Source: Candidatus Bathyarchaeia archaeon
GTDB taxonomy: Archaea; Thermoproteota; Bathyarchaeia; Bathyarchaeales; Bathycorpusculaceae
NCBI GenBank assembly: GCA_037481775.1
Contig: JBBFKZ010000002.1
Location: forward strand, 1 to 64,000
DNA: 64,000 bases
Direction of reading: 5' to 3'
The notes below the pieces were generated by a model. That model ran no database searches. It saw only the letters and a list, made by a program, of their open reading frames with translations, and was not told the origin of the DNA. Shown here piece after piece: positions 38,801-48,403 of the stretch. Each line of letters opens with the position of its first letter. Within the stretch, counting starts at the first letter, position 1. The translations under genes and the position numbers were made by a program.

Positions 38801-41212
38801 CTACTTGGATACCGTAATAGTTATAGCGCTGTTCAGTGGCGGCTGATCCGCGAGGCAATAAACGTTCCAATCGTTGCTTCCCACGTACAGTTTTCCCTCG
38901 TATATGGTCGGCGAGCACCAACTGTTAGACTCAGTGTTGAAAACACTGATTTTCTCGCCGTTCGTGGCGTTAAGCACATAGACTGAGCGCTGATCTGTTA
39001 CCACGTATAGTTTTCCATCCGCGTAGCTCGGAGAAACATAAAGCTCCTCTCCCAAGTATGTGCTCCAGACTGAGCTCCCAGTTTTGGCGTCAATACAAAC
39101 GATGGAAAAATGATCAACTATGAAGAGTTTTCCATCATTGTAAACGGGCGTGCAAATTATGAATTCGCCGGCAGTAGCAGATCGATATATCCAATCAACA
39201 TTACCTGTTTCAGCGTTTATGCCATAATAATCCTTCACGTTGGAAGCGGCGAAGACCATGCCTGCAGCGACTGTCGGGGACGCATGCATATCCGTGCCTC
39301 CTGTAAGTATCGTCTCGTATGGAAGCTCCTTTTTCCAGATGAAACTGCCATCTGCAGCGTTCAGCTTGTAAAGAGCGCCCGCATTGGGCTCTTCTGCAAC
39401 AATATAAACTGCGTTGCCAGCAACAGCTGGAGAAGACGTGATGTACCCTTTGGTTTCATACGTCCAAATCACCTTGCCGTTGTCTGCGTCTAGACAGTAC
39501 ACCTTCTTATCCAATGAACCCACATACAATTTTCCGTCAGCCACCGTGGGTGATGACCTCAGCGCCGGCGCCGCGCCAAAATTAACCTGAACTGGACCGC
39601 CAGCGTATGTTGACCATACAAGGCTTCCATCGTATGCGTTAAGGCAGTAGATGTATCCGTCGTCTGGGCCTATGTAGACTCGGCTGCCAGCCACTGCCGG
39701 CGAAGACTTAATGCGCTCTTTGGCGCTGAACTTCCAGATGAGACTGCCCGTCCGCGCGTTAAGGCAGTAGACGTTCTTGTCGTGTGAGCCCACGTAGACT
39801 CTGCCATCCGCGACGGTTGGCGAAGACACAACCGCGCCGCCCGTGGTGAATTTCCACCTCAAAGTTAGATTTGTAGGGCCAGATTGGCCGACGCCGCTAT
39901 GAGCTGCGTCATGTCGATACATGGGCCAATTTCTAGCGCCTATGGCCCATATCTGATTAAATGTGGCGTATTCTTCTCCTGATTCCACATCCACAAGCGT
40001 CGTCACGTCACCGGGAATCAGATACAAGTTACCGTATGCAACGGCCACAGACTCTCTCGGAGCATGCGCTTCTATAGGTAACTTCCATATGAGCTGCCCC
40101 GTGAAGGCGTCAAGGCATGCGAATTCGGACTCGCTTTCCTGTCCTGTATACGATGCTCTCTGGCCGGTTGTAGCATAAATTTTGCCGTCAGCAACCACAG
40201 GGTTTCCAGGGAACATCAGGGGCCCCGGTCCCTTGTATTTCCACACTAACTCTCCTGTGTCCATGTTAAGTGCGTAAAGGTGGCCATCCTTGTTAAGCGA
40301 GTAGACCATGCCATACGCAACGGCGGGACCGATGCAGAAGTAGCCGTCTGGAGTCTGCGGATTGAATGTCCAGATGATTTCTCCGGTGGTGGCGTTGAAG
40401 CAGTACATTGTGTTGTCATGTGTGCCACCTCTGAAGAATCTGCCTTGGTAATATGAGCCGGAGAAAACCATGGGAGTTTTTGTTTCTGTGTCCCAGAGCA
40501 CCGCGCCTGTTTTTGCGTCAAGCGCCATCTGATGCGGATCATAGGAGCCGGGAAACACTTTGCCGTCTCCGTAGGTTACTCCAGAACCAACCAGCCCGCC
40601 GCCGGGAACATAGGTTTCCCACTTCAGCTTAGGCGGCACATCTGGATCCGAGAAGTCCCAGCCTTGAACATATGAACCATTCTTAACGTAGAACATTTTC
40701 TCCTCTGGACTGTAGACATTTGCAACAAAAAACGGCGCTGAAGTTGCAGAAAACACCGGGCTTGTCCATAAGATGCGTCCTGTGTCTATGTCTAGGCAAC
40801 TGCTGCCTACTACAAGGTGTGTTTCATCAATTTTATATACTGCTGGCCAGGCTCCAGGCGCAGGAACCGTTGTATTCCACAAGATCACGCCTGTGTTCCT
40901 GTCAAGCGCGTAAACCGCGGTTTTCGTGGTTACAAACACCTTGCCATTAAACGCGGTTACGTAACTCTGTATACCCGTTATGTTCGTTTTCCACAATATG
41001 TCCGGTGTTTCTGGAGCTGGACCCGGGGAGAAGCGCGTAAAAGAGGGGTCGCCTTGCAGCTGCGGCCACTCATACGTAAGCAAAAGATCGTTGCTGCCCG
41101 TTTCGGCGCCTGATTTTTCCGAGACATTTAAGTGCCATTCTCTGACATATATTGTCGCGATTAAAAGCATAATCAAAACTATTGCGACAATCAAAAGCCT
41201 CTTGTACCTCAA
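38801..41212 (-). CDS. PQQ-like (BamB-type) double beta-propeller surface protein
   Basis: N-terminal TM; WPQLQGD and WPMYRHD motifs; many SSP.VA.G.VY.GS.D..VYCLNA.TG..IW repeats. Probable TTG start at 41212. Confidence 0.88.
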   Translation of the reverse strand: MRYKRLLIVAIVLIMLLIATIYVREWHLNVSEKSGAETGSNDLLLTYEWPQLQGDPSFTRFSPGPAPETPDILWKTNITGIQSYVTAFNGKVFVTTKTAVYALDRNTGVILWNTTVPAPGAWPAVYKIDETHLVVGSSCLDIDTGRILWTSPVFSATSAPFFVANVYSPEEKMFYVKNGSYVQGWDFSDPDVPPKLKWETYVPGGGLVGSGVTYGDGKVFPGSYDPHQMALDAKTGAVLWDTETKTPMVFSGSYYQGRFFRGGTHDNTMYCFNATTGEIIWTFNPQTPDGYFCIGPAVAYGMVYSLNKDGHLYALNMDTGELVWKYKGPGPLMFPGNPVVADGKIYATTGQRASYTGQESESEFACLDAFTGQLIWKLPIEAHAPRESVAVAYGNLYLIPGDVTTLVDVESGEEYATFNQIWAIGARNWPMYRHDAAHSGVGQSGPTNLTLRWKFTTGGAVVSSPTVADGRVYVGSHDKNVYCLNARTGSLIWKFSAKERIKSSPAVAGSRVYIGPDDGYIYCLNAYDGSLVWSTYAGGPVQVNFGAAPALRSSPTVADGKLYVGSLDKKVYCLDADNGKVIWTYETKGYITSSPAVAGNAVYIVAEEPNAGALYKLNAADGSFIWKKELPYETILTGGTDMHASPTVAAGMVFAASNVKDYYGINAETGNVDWIYRSATAGEFIICTPVYNDGKLFIVDHFSIVCIDAKTGSSVWSTYLGEELYVSPSYADGKLYVVTDQRSVYVLNATNGEKISVFNTESNSWCSPTIYEGKLYVGSNDWNVYCLADQPPLNSAITITVSK

Positions 41213-41381
41213 CGGTTCTCCCCCATGATAAATGGTAAGCTTTAATTTAACTATAAAGCTTATGGAGCCGCGCCTCTTCCTATAGTTCACAACAGTTCAG
41301 CATGTCTTGTGTTGCTTAGTTGCATAAAGGGCAATGCTGGGATGAAGCACATAATCTTTTTTAGGATGACATTATCTTAAG

Positions 41382-42500
41382 GTGAATAATGAATTAACAA
41401 AACAGCATCGGGAGATGGGTTTTAATTTGGCAAACAAGGGTCCTTTACTTATGACTTCTTGGCGGGCAACAGGTGCCTGTAACGCGCATTGCAGATACTG
41501 TAATGTTGATGCAACGGCTGCGCATGCTCCAAGAGAATTAAGCACCAAAGAAGCGCTGCACTTGGTCGATGAAGTTTACAATTTCGGCGTCAAGTGGTTC
41601 GGCATCAAGGGCGGCGAGCCGCTGTTGCGGAAGGATATATTTGAAATTGTTGGTTACGCGAAAAGCCTTGGCCTCAATGTTTGCCTACTAACTAACGGGC
41701 ATTTCGTTGACGGCAAGATTTATGATAATCTTGTTAGAAACGAGGTCTGGACGTCCGTAAGCATAGACGGCCCGGAAGAAATAAACGATCAGCTGCGAGG
41801 AAAAGGCTCGTACAAGAAGGTGCTGGCAGCTATTCAAAAATTGTCAAAAGGGAAAATTCTGAATGGGCTGGCTGCAGCTATAACCTCCATAAACTATCAG
41901 CATCTGGATCATGTGGCTGAGCTAGCTGAAACCTACCGCGCCAATTTCGTATGGTTTAACCATCTCGTGCCCAGCGGAAGAGCAAAGGAGACCATGGAGT
42001 TAACGCCTTCTCCCGAGCAGTATGAGTGGGCTCTTAATCACATATGGGACTTAACCTTGAAATACGAAGGAAAATTTGAAATCCACGTGCACTGCCCGCA
42101 TTTTGCGCGTGTGGTCAAGCAACGTAATCCGCCGAACTTTCAGGAATGGTATGAGCATAAATTCCATGGAAAATGCACCTACTTCGCTTTTGGCGGATAC
42201 ATAAGCGTAACTGAAAACGGCGACTTAATCCCCTGCTTCTACACGGATCTGCAGCCCTCGGAACCGATGATGCTTGGAAACATAAGAGAAAAAAGCTTGA
42301 AGGACACTTGGGCTGAAATCCAAAAATCAGCCTATTACAACAGCTTCAGAGACAGAAGCATCCTGAAAGGCAAGTGCGGCGTCTGCGAGTACCGCGAAAT
42401 ATGCGGCGGCTGCAGAAACAGAGCTTACGCGTACACAGGCGACATATATGAGTCAGACCCAGCATGCGCATACATACCTGAAAGCCTAAGAAAGCAATAA
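41382..42500 (+). CDS. Radical SAM/SPASM protein (NirJ/Ahb-like)
   Basis: CNAHCRYC, GGEPLLR, SIDG motifs and SPASM C..C..CGGC..C. Confidence 0.9.
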   Translation: MNNELTKQHREMGFNLANKGPLLMTSWRATGACNAHCRYCNVDATAAHAPRELSTKEALHLVDEVYNFGVKWFGIKGGEPLLRKDIFEIVGYAKSLGLNVCLLTNGHFVDGKIYDNLVRNEVWTSVSIDGPEEINDQLRGKGSYKKVLAAIQKLSKGKILNGLAAAITSINYQHLDHVAELAETYRANFVWFNHLVPSGRAKETMELTPSPEQYEWALNHIWDLTLKYEGKFEIHVHCPHFARVVKQRNPPNFQEWYEHKFHGKCTYFAFGGYISVTENGDLIPCFYTDLQPSEPMMLGNIREKSLKDTWAEIQKSAYYNSFRDRSILKGKCGVCEYREICGGCRNRAYAYTGDIYESDPACAYIPESLRKQ

Positions 42501-42696
42501 GCATCCTGCTTTGTACATCATTTTTTAATTCTCCCGCAGCGATTTTCTGCGAATTAACTTGAAAATCCCGAAAAGCGCGTGGTCTAATCAAAGCTTATTA
42601 ATAACGCCAATGTTTAAGTCAGTCAACAAATTGCTGCCTCAGCCAAGTTTACGTTTGGGAAAAAGGCTTCGACAACTCTGAATAGGTAATAAGCCC

Positions 42697-44103
42697 ATGA
42701 AAGAAGTGAAAAAAGCGAAAATAGCTTTAGTTAATTCGCCTATTATCGAGGCAACTTATCAGCATCCGTTATTTCCCCCTCTCGGCTTGGCATACTTGGC
42801 CGCCGTGCTTGAACAAAACAATTTCGACGTAACCATAATTGACTGCCCCGCCTGCCGAATGGATCATAAAAAGCTGAAAGAAGAATTATCCTCCATGCAG
42901 CCTGCGTTGGTTGGCATAGCTTCTATGACGCCCACAGTGCCTTCAGCGCTTGAATCCGCGCGGGTGGCAAAAGAAGCATGCCCAGATACCAAGGTTGTTA
43001 TGGGCGGTCCGCACGCCACTTTCGCAGATACCGAGATCCTCACTGAAGAGCCGGCGGTTGACGTAATAGTGCGCGGCGAGGGCGAAGAAACTCTTTTGGA
43101 ACTTGCTCAAAACCTGCCTGAATTACGGAATCTCAGCAAGATAAGGGGTATAACCTTTAAGCATGATGGGGAAATCGTTAAGACGCCTAATCGGCCATTC
43201 ATTCAGAACCTTGACGCGCTGCCGCATCCCTCGTACAAGAGCCTCCCGATAGAGCGTTATCGGATTTGCGGGAAAAAGTTCCTGCCCCTCATGTCAAGCA
43301 GAGGCTGCCCCTTCCAGTGTTCCTTCTGTGTGGCCTCGCAGATGTTTGGCGCCAAATTCCGCGCAAGAAGCCCTAAGAACGTGGTAGATGAGATGGAATG
43401 GTTGATAAGCACGTATGGCGCGGAGGGCATATCATTCCACGATGACGCGTTGACTCTTGATAAAAAAAGGATATTCGACATCTGCGATGAAATAATCAGC
43501 AGGAAGTTAAAGATTGCGTGGGGCTGCCAGACAAGAGTCGATCAGGTTTCCAAAGAAGTTTTGGCTAAAATGCGACGGGCAGGATGCAACGAAGTTTCCT
43601 TCGGTGTAGAATCAGGCTGCCAAAGAATTCTAGATGCGGTAAAAAAGAAAGTTTCAACAGAACAAAGCGCAAGGGCTGTTAGAATTGCAAAGGAAGAAGG
43701 ATTGTTTGTTGCGGTATCCACGATAATAGGGTATCCTGGAGAAACACGAGAATCGCTGAAGCAAACATTGGATTTCATACATACCTTGGAGCCTGATGAT
43801 GTGTGGCTATGTTTAGCCACGCCGTATCCCGGCACTGAACTTCGCGCTTTAATCGAGCGCATGGGATGGAAAATGGTTACCGACTGGACATTATATAATA
43901 CGATGAATCCGATATTTGAGAATCCAGATCTGCCCTCTGAAGAAATCAGCAGGATGCGGAAGCAGTTTTACGACAAGTTCTATTCTCCGCGATATGTGCT
44001 TCGCCAAATGGTCAAAGGCTACGTGAAAGGCAACTTTTACAGTAAAATAATGGCGCGAACATCTGCAAACTATTTGCTGTGGCGAATTAAGTCCCATATG
44101 TAA
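42697..44103 (+). CDS. Cobalamin-binding radical SAM protein
   Basis: PPLGLAYLAA, GGPHAT, GEGE, SRGCPFQCSFC, GVESG and TPYPGT motifs. Confidence 0.92.
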   Translation: MKEVKKAKIALVNSPIIEATYQHPLFPPLGLAYLAAVLEQNNFDVTIIDCPACRMDHKKLKEELSSMQPALVGIASMTPTVPSALESARVAKEACPDTKVVMGGPHATFADTEILTEEPAVDVIVRGEGEETLLELAQNLPELRNLSKIRGITFKHDGEIVKTPNRPFIQNLDALPHPSYKSLPIERYRICGKKFLPLMSSRGCPFQCSFCVASQMFGAKFRARSPKNVVDEMEWLISTYGAEGISFHDDALTLDKKRIFDICDEIISRKLKIAWGCQTRVDQVSKEVLAKMRRAGCNEVSFGVESGCQRILDAVKKKVSTEQSARAVRIAKEEGLFVAVSTIIGYPGETRESLKQTLDFIHTLEPDDVWLCLATPYPGTELRALIERMGWKMVTDWTLYNTMNPIFENPDLPSEEISRMRKQFYDKFYSPRYVLRQMVKGYVKGNFYSKIMARTSANYLLWRIKSHM

Positions 44104-44292
44104 GTCTAAACAGGCCATGCTTTTGCAAGCAATGAAGCCTAACTAAGGAAGGGTATGCGGCGCCGAATCTACTCGTTGAATTGTCTTGGAATCATGTAGC
44201 TGGCACAGTTCTTGAAAAAGTAGAGGTTTTAACGGAAACTTTATTACTACTTCAAACGGTTAAAAACAATGAAACATCGAGGAAAGACTTAA

Positions 44293-45591
44293 ATGAAAAA
44301 CGCCGTTCTTGAACCGAACAATTCGAATGCTTATGATTCAAGGGAAAATTGGCCGCCATACACTTACCGTGATTATCCTGATATAAAGCCTGAGACATAC
44401 CGCGCGTTTCTTGATTTCCTGTCAACTGAGAACACTTCAGGAAAATTGATGGAACTGCAGCCTTGGATCTCTATATGCGACTCAAAATGTGCTTTCTGCT
44501 ATTTCCCAACCACCGCCACGGCTAAGGTGAACATAGACGATTATTTGGCGGTGTTAAAGAAAGAGCTGGATATGTACGCTAAAACAAAGTATGTGCGAAC
44601 CAGCGTGTTTGACGAGATAGTTTTGGGCGGTGGAACACCAAGCGTGCTTTCTGCCGAGCAGATGATTGACCTTATCGAGTTCTGCAAGCAGCGGTTCACC
44701 ACCAACAAAGAATACTTCATAAAAGTTACTGGTTCATCGAAGACGCTGGCGCTGAGCAAAATCGACAAGCTTGCAGCCTACGGCGTGTATCAGATGGACA
44801 TAGGCGCGCAAACATTCGATGATAACTTACGGAAGATGCTGTGCTTGCCTGATAGTGCAGCAAGCGTGGAAAAGGCCATCAGACACGCTAAAAAGCTCGG
44901 TTTATGCGTATGCGTTGACTTAATGTATAATCTTCCTGGGCAGACTATGGAAAGCTGGATAGATACGCTCAAAAAAGTCATAGAGCTTGACGTTGAAGTT
45001 GACACTTATTCCCTGCATGTTGACCCGGGTACACCACTTGAGACTATGATACAAAAGGGTGTGGTTCCTCCGCCAGGCGACGCTGAATATGAGAAGCAGC
45101 TGTATCTGGTAGCTTATAAAATGTTGACAGAAGCCGGTTACAAAGCCGTTGGGCATGACCGCTTCAGCAGAGTAGAATGGCATTTTAGAGAGAACTGCTT
45201 GAACGGCTGGCCTTGGGGCGGCATACTGACCACCGGCGCCGGATGCTTCATGGGCTATCTGCAAAGATTCTCCTACTCTAACACTGAAGACGTAGCAGAG
45301 TATATGACTGCCGTTACCGCGGGCAGATTACCTATTAACAGGCTTTCAGAATCCACCGACGAAGACATGATGCGCAGAACTATGACGCGGCTTTACCTGC
45401 GGCTTCCAGTTGACAAAATAGACTTCAAGCGTAGATTCGGAAAGCTTCCTGAAGACGTTTTTCCACAGCAACTTCAGCGGCTTAAAGAAAAGGGTCTTAT
45501 CGAAATTAACGATAAAGAAATTCGAATAACAAAGCTCGGCGACATCTGGAAAGGAAACATCGCCTGGGAATTCGCTCCTAAAGCCGCTTAA
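44293..45591 (+). CDS. HemN-like (class C) radical SAM protein
   Basis: ICDSKCAFCYF, GGGTPS, GAQTF and DLMYNLPGQT motifs; HemN-type C-terminal domain. Confidence 0.88.
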   Translation: MKNAVLEPNNSNAYDSRENWPPYTYRDYPDIKPETYRAFLDFLSTENTSGKLMELQPWISICDSKCAFCYFPTTATAKVNIDDYLAVLKKELDMYAKTKYVRTSVFDEIVLGGGTPSVLSAEQMIDLIEFCKQRFTTNKEYFIKVTGSSKTLALSKIDKLAAYGVYQMDIGAQTFDDNLRKMLCLPDSAASVEKAIRHAKKLGLCVCVDLMYNLPGQTMESWIDTLKKVIELDVEVDTYSLHVDPGTPLETMIQKGVVPPPGDAEYEKQLYLVAYKMLTEAGYKAVGHDRFSRVEWHFRENCLNGWPWGGILTTGAGCFMGYLQRFSYSNTEDVAEYMTAVTAGRLPINRLSESTDEDMMRRTMTRLYLRLPVDKIDFKRRFGKLPEDVFPQQLQRLKEKGLIEINDKEIRITKLGDIWKGNIAWEFAPKAA

Positions 45592-45639
45592 CAACCAACT
45601 CTAACTTTTTAAAAACAAAAAAATAAAAAGGGAAGATGT

Positions 45640-46305
45640 TTAGCTCGCGTAGTGTTTCATTGGTTGTATTCCGTACCAAGTCATCACTTTAGCGAGTATG
45701 GGCACTATTATGCCTAATGCAATGCTTGGAACGAAGTTAATTACAACTGCCATCACTGGATCTGTTGCCCAAGAGTTCTGCGCCATCATTCTGCCCGGTT
45801 CAAGAGCGACATTGTAGTTCATGAAAGCTTGGATTATCGCTGTTGTTATCGCCGCGGTTAAGCTTGCGCCCAGCATTCGTTTGAAATTTGTTGAACCTTT
45901 GCTTAATGAGCCGGCCATGTAACCGATTATAACGGCGTTGACGAGGTAGAAGAGCATGCTTATGTCGCCGAAGAAGTTGTAGGCAGTTACGCCCATACTG
46001 GCGTATAAGCCGTTGTACTGTCCTGCGCTTGCTACGTAGTACATGCCGCCCATAATGAAGCCTGCTGCGCCGCCAGCCCACTTGTTCCAAAGTAAACCCA
46101 AGATAAGAGGGACGCCGAGAACAATCATCTGAGCGAAGCCCTGTGTTAGAATCACTGCTATCACGTTTGTCTCGCCGAGCACATGATATTGTCCTGTGGG
46201 ATTAACGTAAACTGCGAGAACGAAGATAAGAACCACCAGAATTATCGGTATGACGATGCCATCAATTAGATCAGCTAGTTTAAATTTTTCTGGCTCCATT
46301 CCCAT
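45640..46305 (-). CDS. Integral membrane protein (about 6 TM, ECF S-component-like)
   Basis: Hydrophobic 221-aa protein with WAGGAAGF motif. The S-component resemblance is an inference from size and topology. Confidence 0.7.
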   Translation of the reverse strand: MGMEPEKFKLADLIDGIVIPIILVVLIFVLAVYVNPTGQYHVLGETNVIAVILTQGFAQMIVLGVPLILGLLWNKWAGGAAGFIMGGMYYVASAGQYNGLYASMGVTAYNFFGDISMLFYLVNAVIIGYMAGSLSKGSTNFKRMLGASLTAAITTAIIQAFMNYNVALEPGRMMAQNSWATDPVMAVVINFVPSIALGIIVPILAKVMTWYGIQPMKHYAS

Positions 46306-46461
46306 CCCTTGAACTATTTACTTGCTGGTGAGCTTATAAGCTTAATGCTAAAAAGTTTTGTTGCGCACATCGAAAATTTGTTAACAAGCAAACAAATATA
46401 ATGTCTTCAAAAGTTGTTTTTTAAAGTAAAAAATAAAAAGAGGATTATGACAGTTAAGGAA

Positions 46462-47838
46462 TTACTGTTGACGTAACATTGCTTTTGCTCTGAGTACACT
46501 GTTTCTAATGTCAATTCTTGCAGGGCAGACAAAGGTGCAGTGGCCGCATCCGTCACAGAGATCCGCTTGTAGCTTAACCAATTTGTTTACGTCTTTTTTG
46601 TCAAACGCTTCTTTGATCAAGATTGGGCTCAGTTTGTGACAGCATACACGCATGCAGGCGCCGCATCTTATGCAGTCTGTTGTTTTCACGATCGCGAATT
46701 GTTTGGCTTTAGGCAACTTCGGCTCCTTCTTTTCTGCTGTGGGTTTTAGTTTCCCAACTTTATCCAAAAATGGCGAAGTCAGGTTCATTATAACTAACGC
46801 AAGAATTGAGCCGCCAAAGAAGCCCATGTATGTTTGAATCAGCATTGTTAATATGGCTAAGCCGACGCCGAATATTATCTGTCCCAAGTACGTTAACGGC
46901 GTAGTTGCCGGGTCAGTAGCCATGAAGAACGCTAGGAAAATTGAGCTGCCAATGAACAGGTGGAACATCACTCTCAAGAGTGGATCTGGATCACCGAAGG
47001 CAAATGCGAATGCAACTGCAGCCAAGGCTGTTGTCGCAAGGTACGCAACGGTTATTCTCCATTTAATGTATTTGCGGCAAATGGCGAATAGCGCAATGCC
47101 CACGATTATGACTGCAATGCTTGAGGCGCCTCCTGCCCAGCCGTGGAACTTCTGTAATAGCAGCGTGTTTACTATGTCCGTCTGAGTTGCTCCCATGATT
47201 GTTAAGCCCGGATTGCCAAAGCAACCATAAATGTAGAAGCCAAAAGGCGCCATTCCATTGCCGCTGACAATGTCATATCCAATTGGACCTGCTAATGAGG
47301 GCACACCAAGCATGCCCGTGCTCAAGTGATCTGACGGAATCAAAACAGTAAATATTCCCACAAACGCTAGCACCAGAAGCTTTGCGGCTGCCGCTGGGTT
47401 CACGTATTTTCTCCCCTTCAGTCCCTGAAGCTTTTTGAACAACACCATGCCGACAAGTGTTATAAGCGCCACGTACAGGAATGATTGAGGTGCAATCAAC
47501 GGCAGAACTTCGACAGCACGCATTGAAGGCTCGCCATAACTGTAGCAAAGCGCAACAATCATGCCGAAAACAGCTGCAGACATTATGTTAAGAGGACTAT
47601 CAGCGGCCACTTTGTGTAAGAGCACATCTACGCCTACTGCAACACCAACAGCGATAGCGCAGCTTATAATGAGCGTTACACCGTAGTCCATGCCTATAGG
47701 CGCCTGCGTCATTGGATCCTTTGCGATTGTACCGAACCACATGACAGCTGTTATGACTGCAATTACCACAAGGGCAGCAAACGTGTAGGTCATAAGTTTA
47801 TCTTTAGTCATCGCTGAGTATTCTTTCACTTTAGACAT
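46462..47838 (-). CDS. RnfD/NqrB-family membrane protein fused to an RnfC-like 2x[4Fe-4S] domain
   Basis: VNPAAAA, GWAGGAS and FFMATDPATTP (RnfD); C-terminal CIRCGACMRVC and CDGCGHCTFVCPARI (RnfC-type). Confidence 0.85.
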   Translation of the reverse strand: MSKVKEYSAMTKDKLMTYTFAALVVIAVITAVMWFGTIAKDPMTQAPIGMDYGVTLIISCAIAVGVAVGVDVLLHKVAADSPLNIMSAAVFGMIVALCYSYGEPSMRAVEVLPLIAPQSFLYVALITLVGMVLFKKLQGLKGRKYVNPAAAAKLLVLAFVGIFTVLIPSDHLSTGMLGVPSLAGPIGYDIVSGNGMAPFGFYIYGCFGNPGLTIMGATQTDIVNTLLLQKFHGWAGGASSIAVIIVGIALFAICRKYIKWRITVAYLATTALAAVAFAFAFGDPDPLLRVMFHLFIGSSIFLAFFMATDPATTPLTYLGQIIFGVGLAILTMLIQTYMGFFGGSILALVIMNLTSPFLDKVGKLKPTAEKKEPKLPKAKQFAIVKTTDCIRCGACMRVCCHKLSPILIKEAFDKKDVNKLVKLQADLCDGCGHCTFVCPARIDIRNSVLRAKAMLRQQ

Positions 47839-47905
47839 TCTTTACGCACACTCTCCTCGATTAGAAACTGACCTCACTCTATAACGGAAGGCTTATAAGA
47901 TTTTC

Positions 47906-48178
47906 TCAAAGCAAAATTGAAAGCGCCAATGCAAAGAAAGAGCCGCTGGGTTTGATCTTTTTCGAAACTGCTTCCAGATATTTTCGTCTGGCATCCGCTA
48001 TCGACTGGGCTTTGTCCGCTTTGTCATCTATTGGCTCTGCGCTGCCGCAGCAAACGAATAACGCGACCTTCTTGTTCTTTAGTTCTTTCTGAAACTTTTT
48101 CAGGAACTTCTGAGGTTTGCTGTTTCCCTTGGTTATTTGGATGGCGCCGCCAGCAATACCCCGTTCACACTCAGACAC
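47906..48178 (-). pseudogene. Flavodoxin-like (HemG-type) internal fragment
   Basis: KFLKKFQKELKNKKVALFVCCGSA matches the flavodoxin_5 core; the N-terminal FMN loop and C-terminus are absent. Confidence 0.55.
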
Positions 48179-48403
48179 GTGCTCTAATTGGGCCTTTTTT
48201 AGGTCAACTATGTTGTATATCCTTAATCTGTTACTCTATCTTGGTGAAAAGCGAATGATTATGTTCAGAGGCTGAATGTAATTTTGAATTTTGAGGAAAA
48301 TGCTATATGTTAAAAATCACTCACTATAACATTTTGGGGTGTACCCCTAAATCCAATGGAGCCTGATGGAAGTGGCGCGTAAGCGTTTTTTGCGTTTTCG
48401 GCT

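Noticed and set aside
38801-38803. Pyrrolysine readthrough at TAG
   Set aside because: An in-frame TAA follows 20 codons later, and no pyl genes are in the window.
36371-44292. RiPP precursor peptide for the SPASM or B12 radical SAM enzymes
   Set aside because: The intergenic gaps inspected by eye gave no convincing short ORF with an RBS and a repetitive or Cys-rich core.
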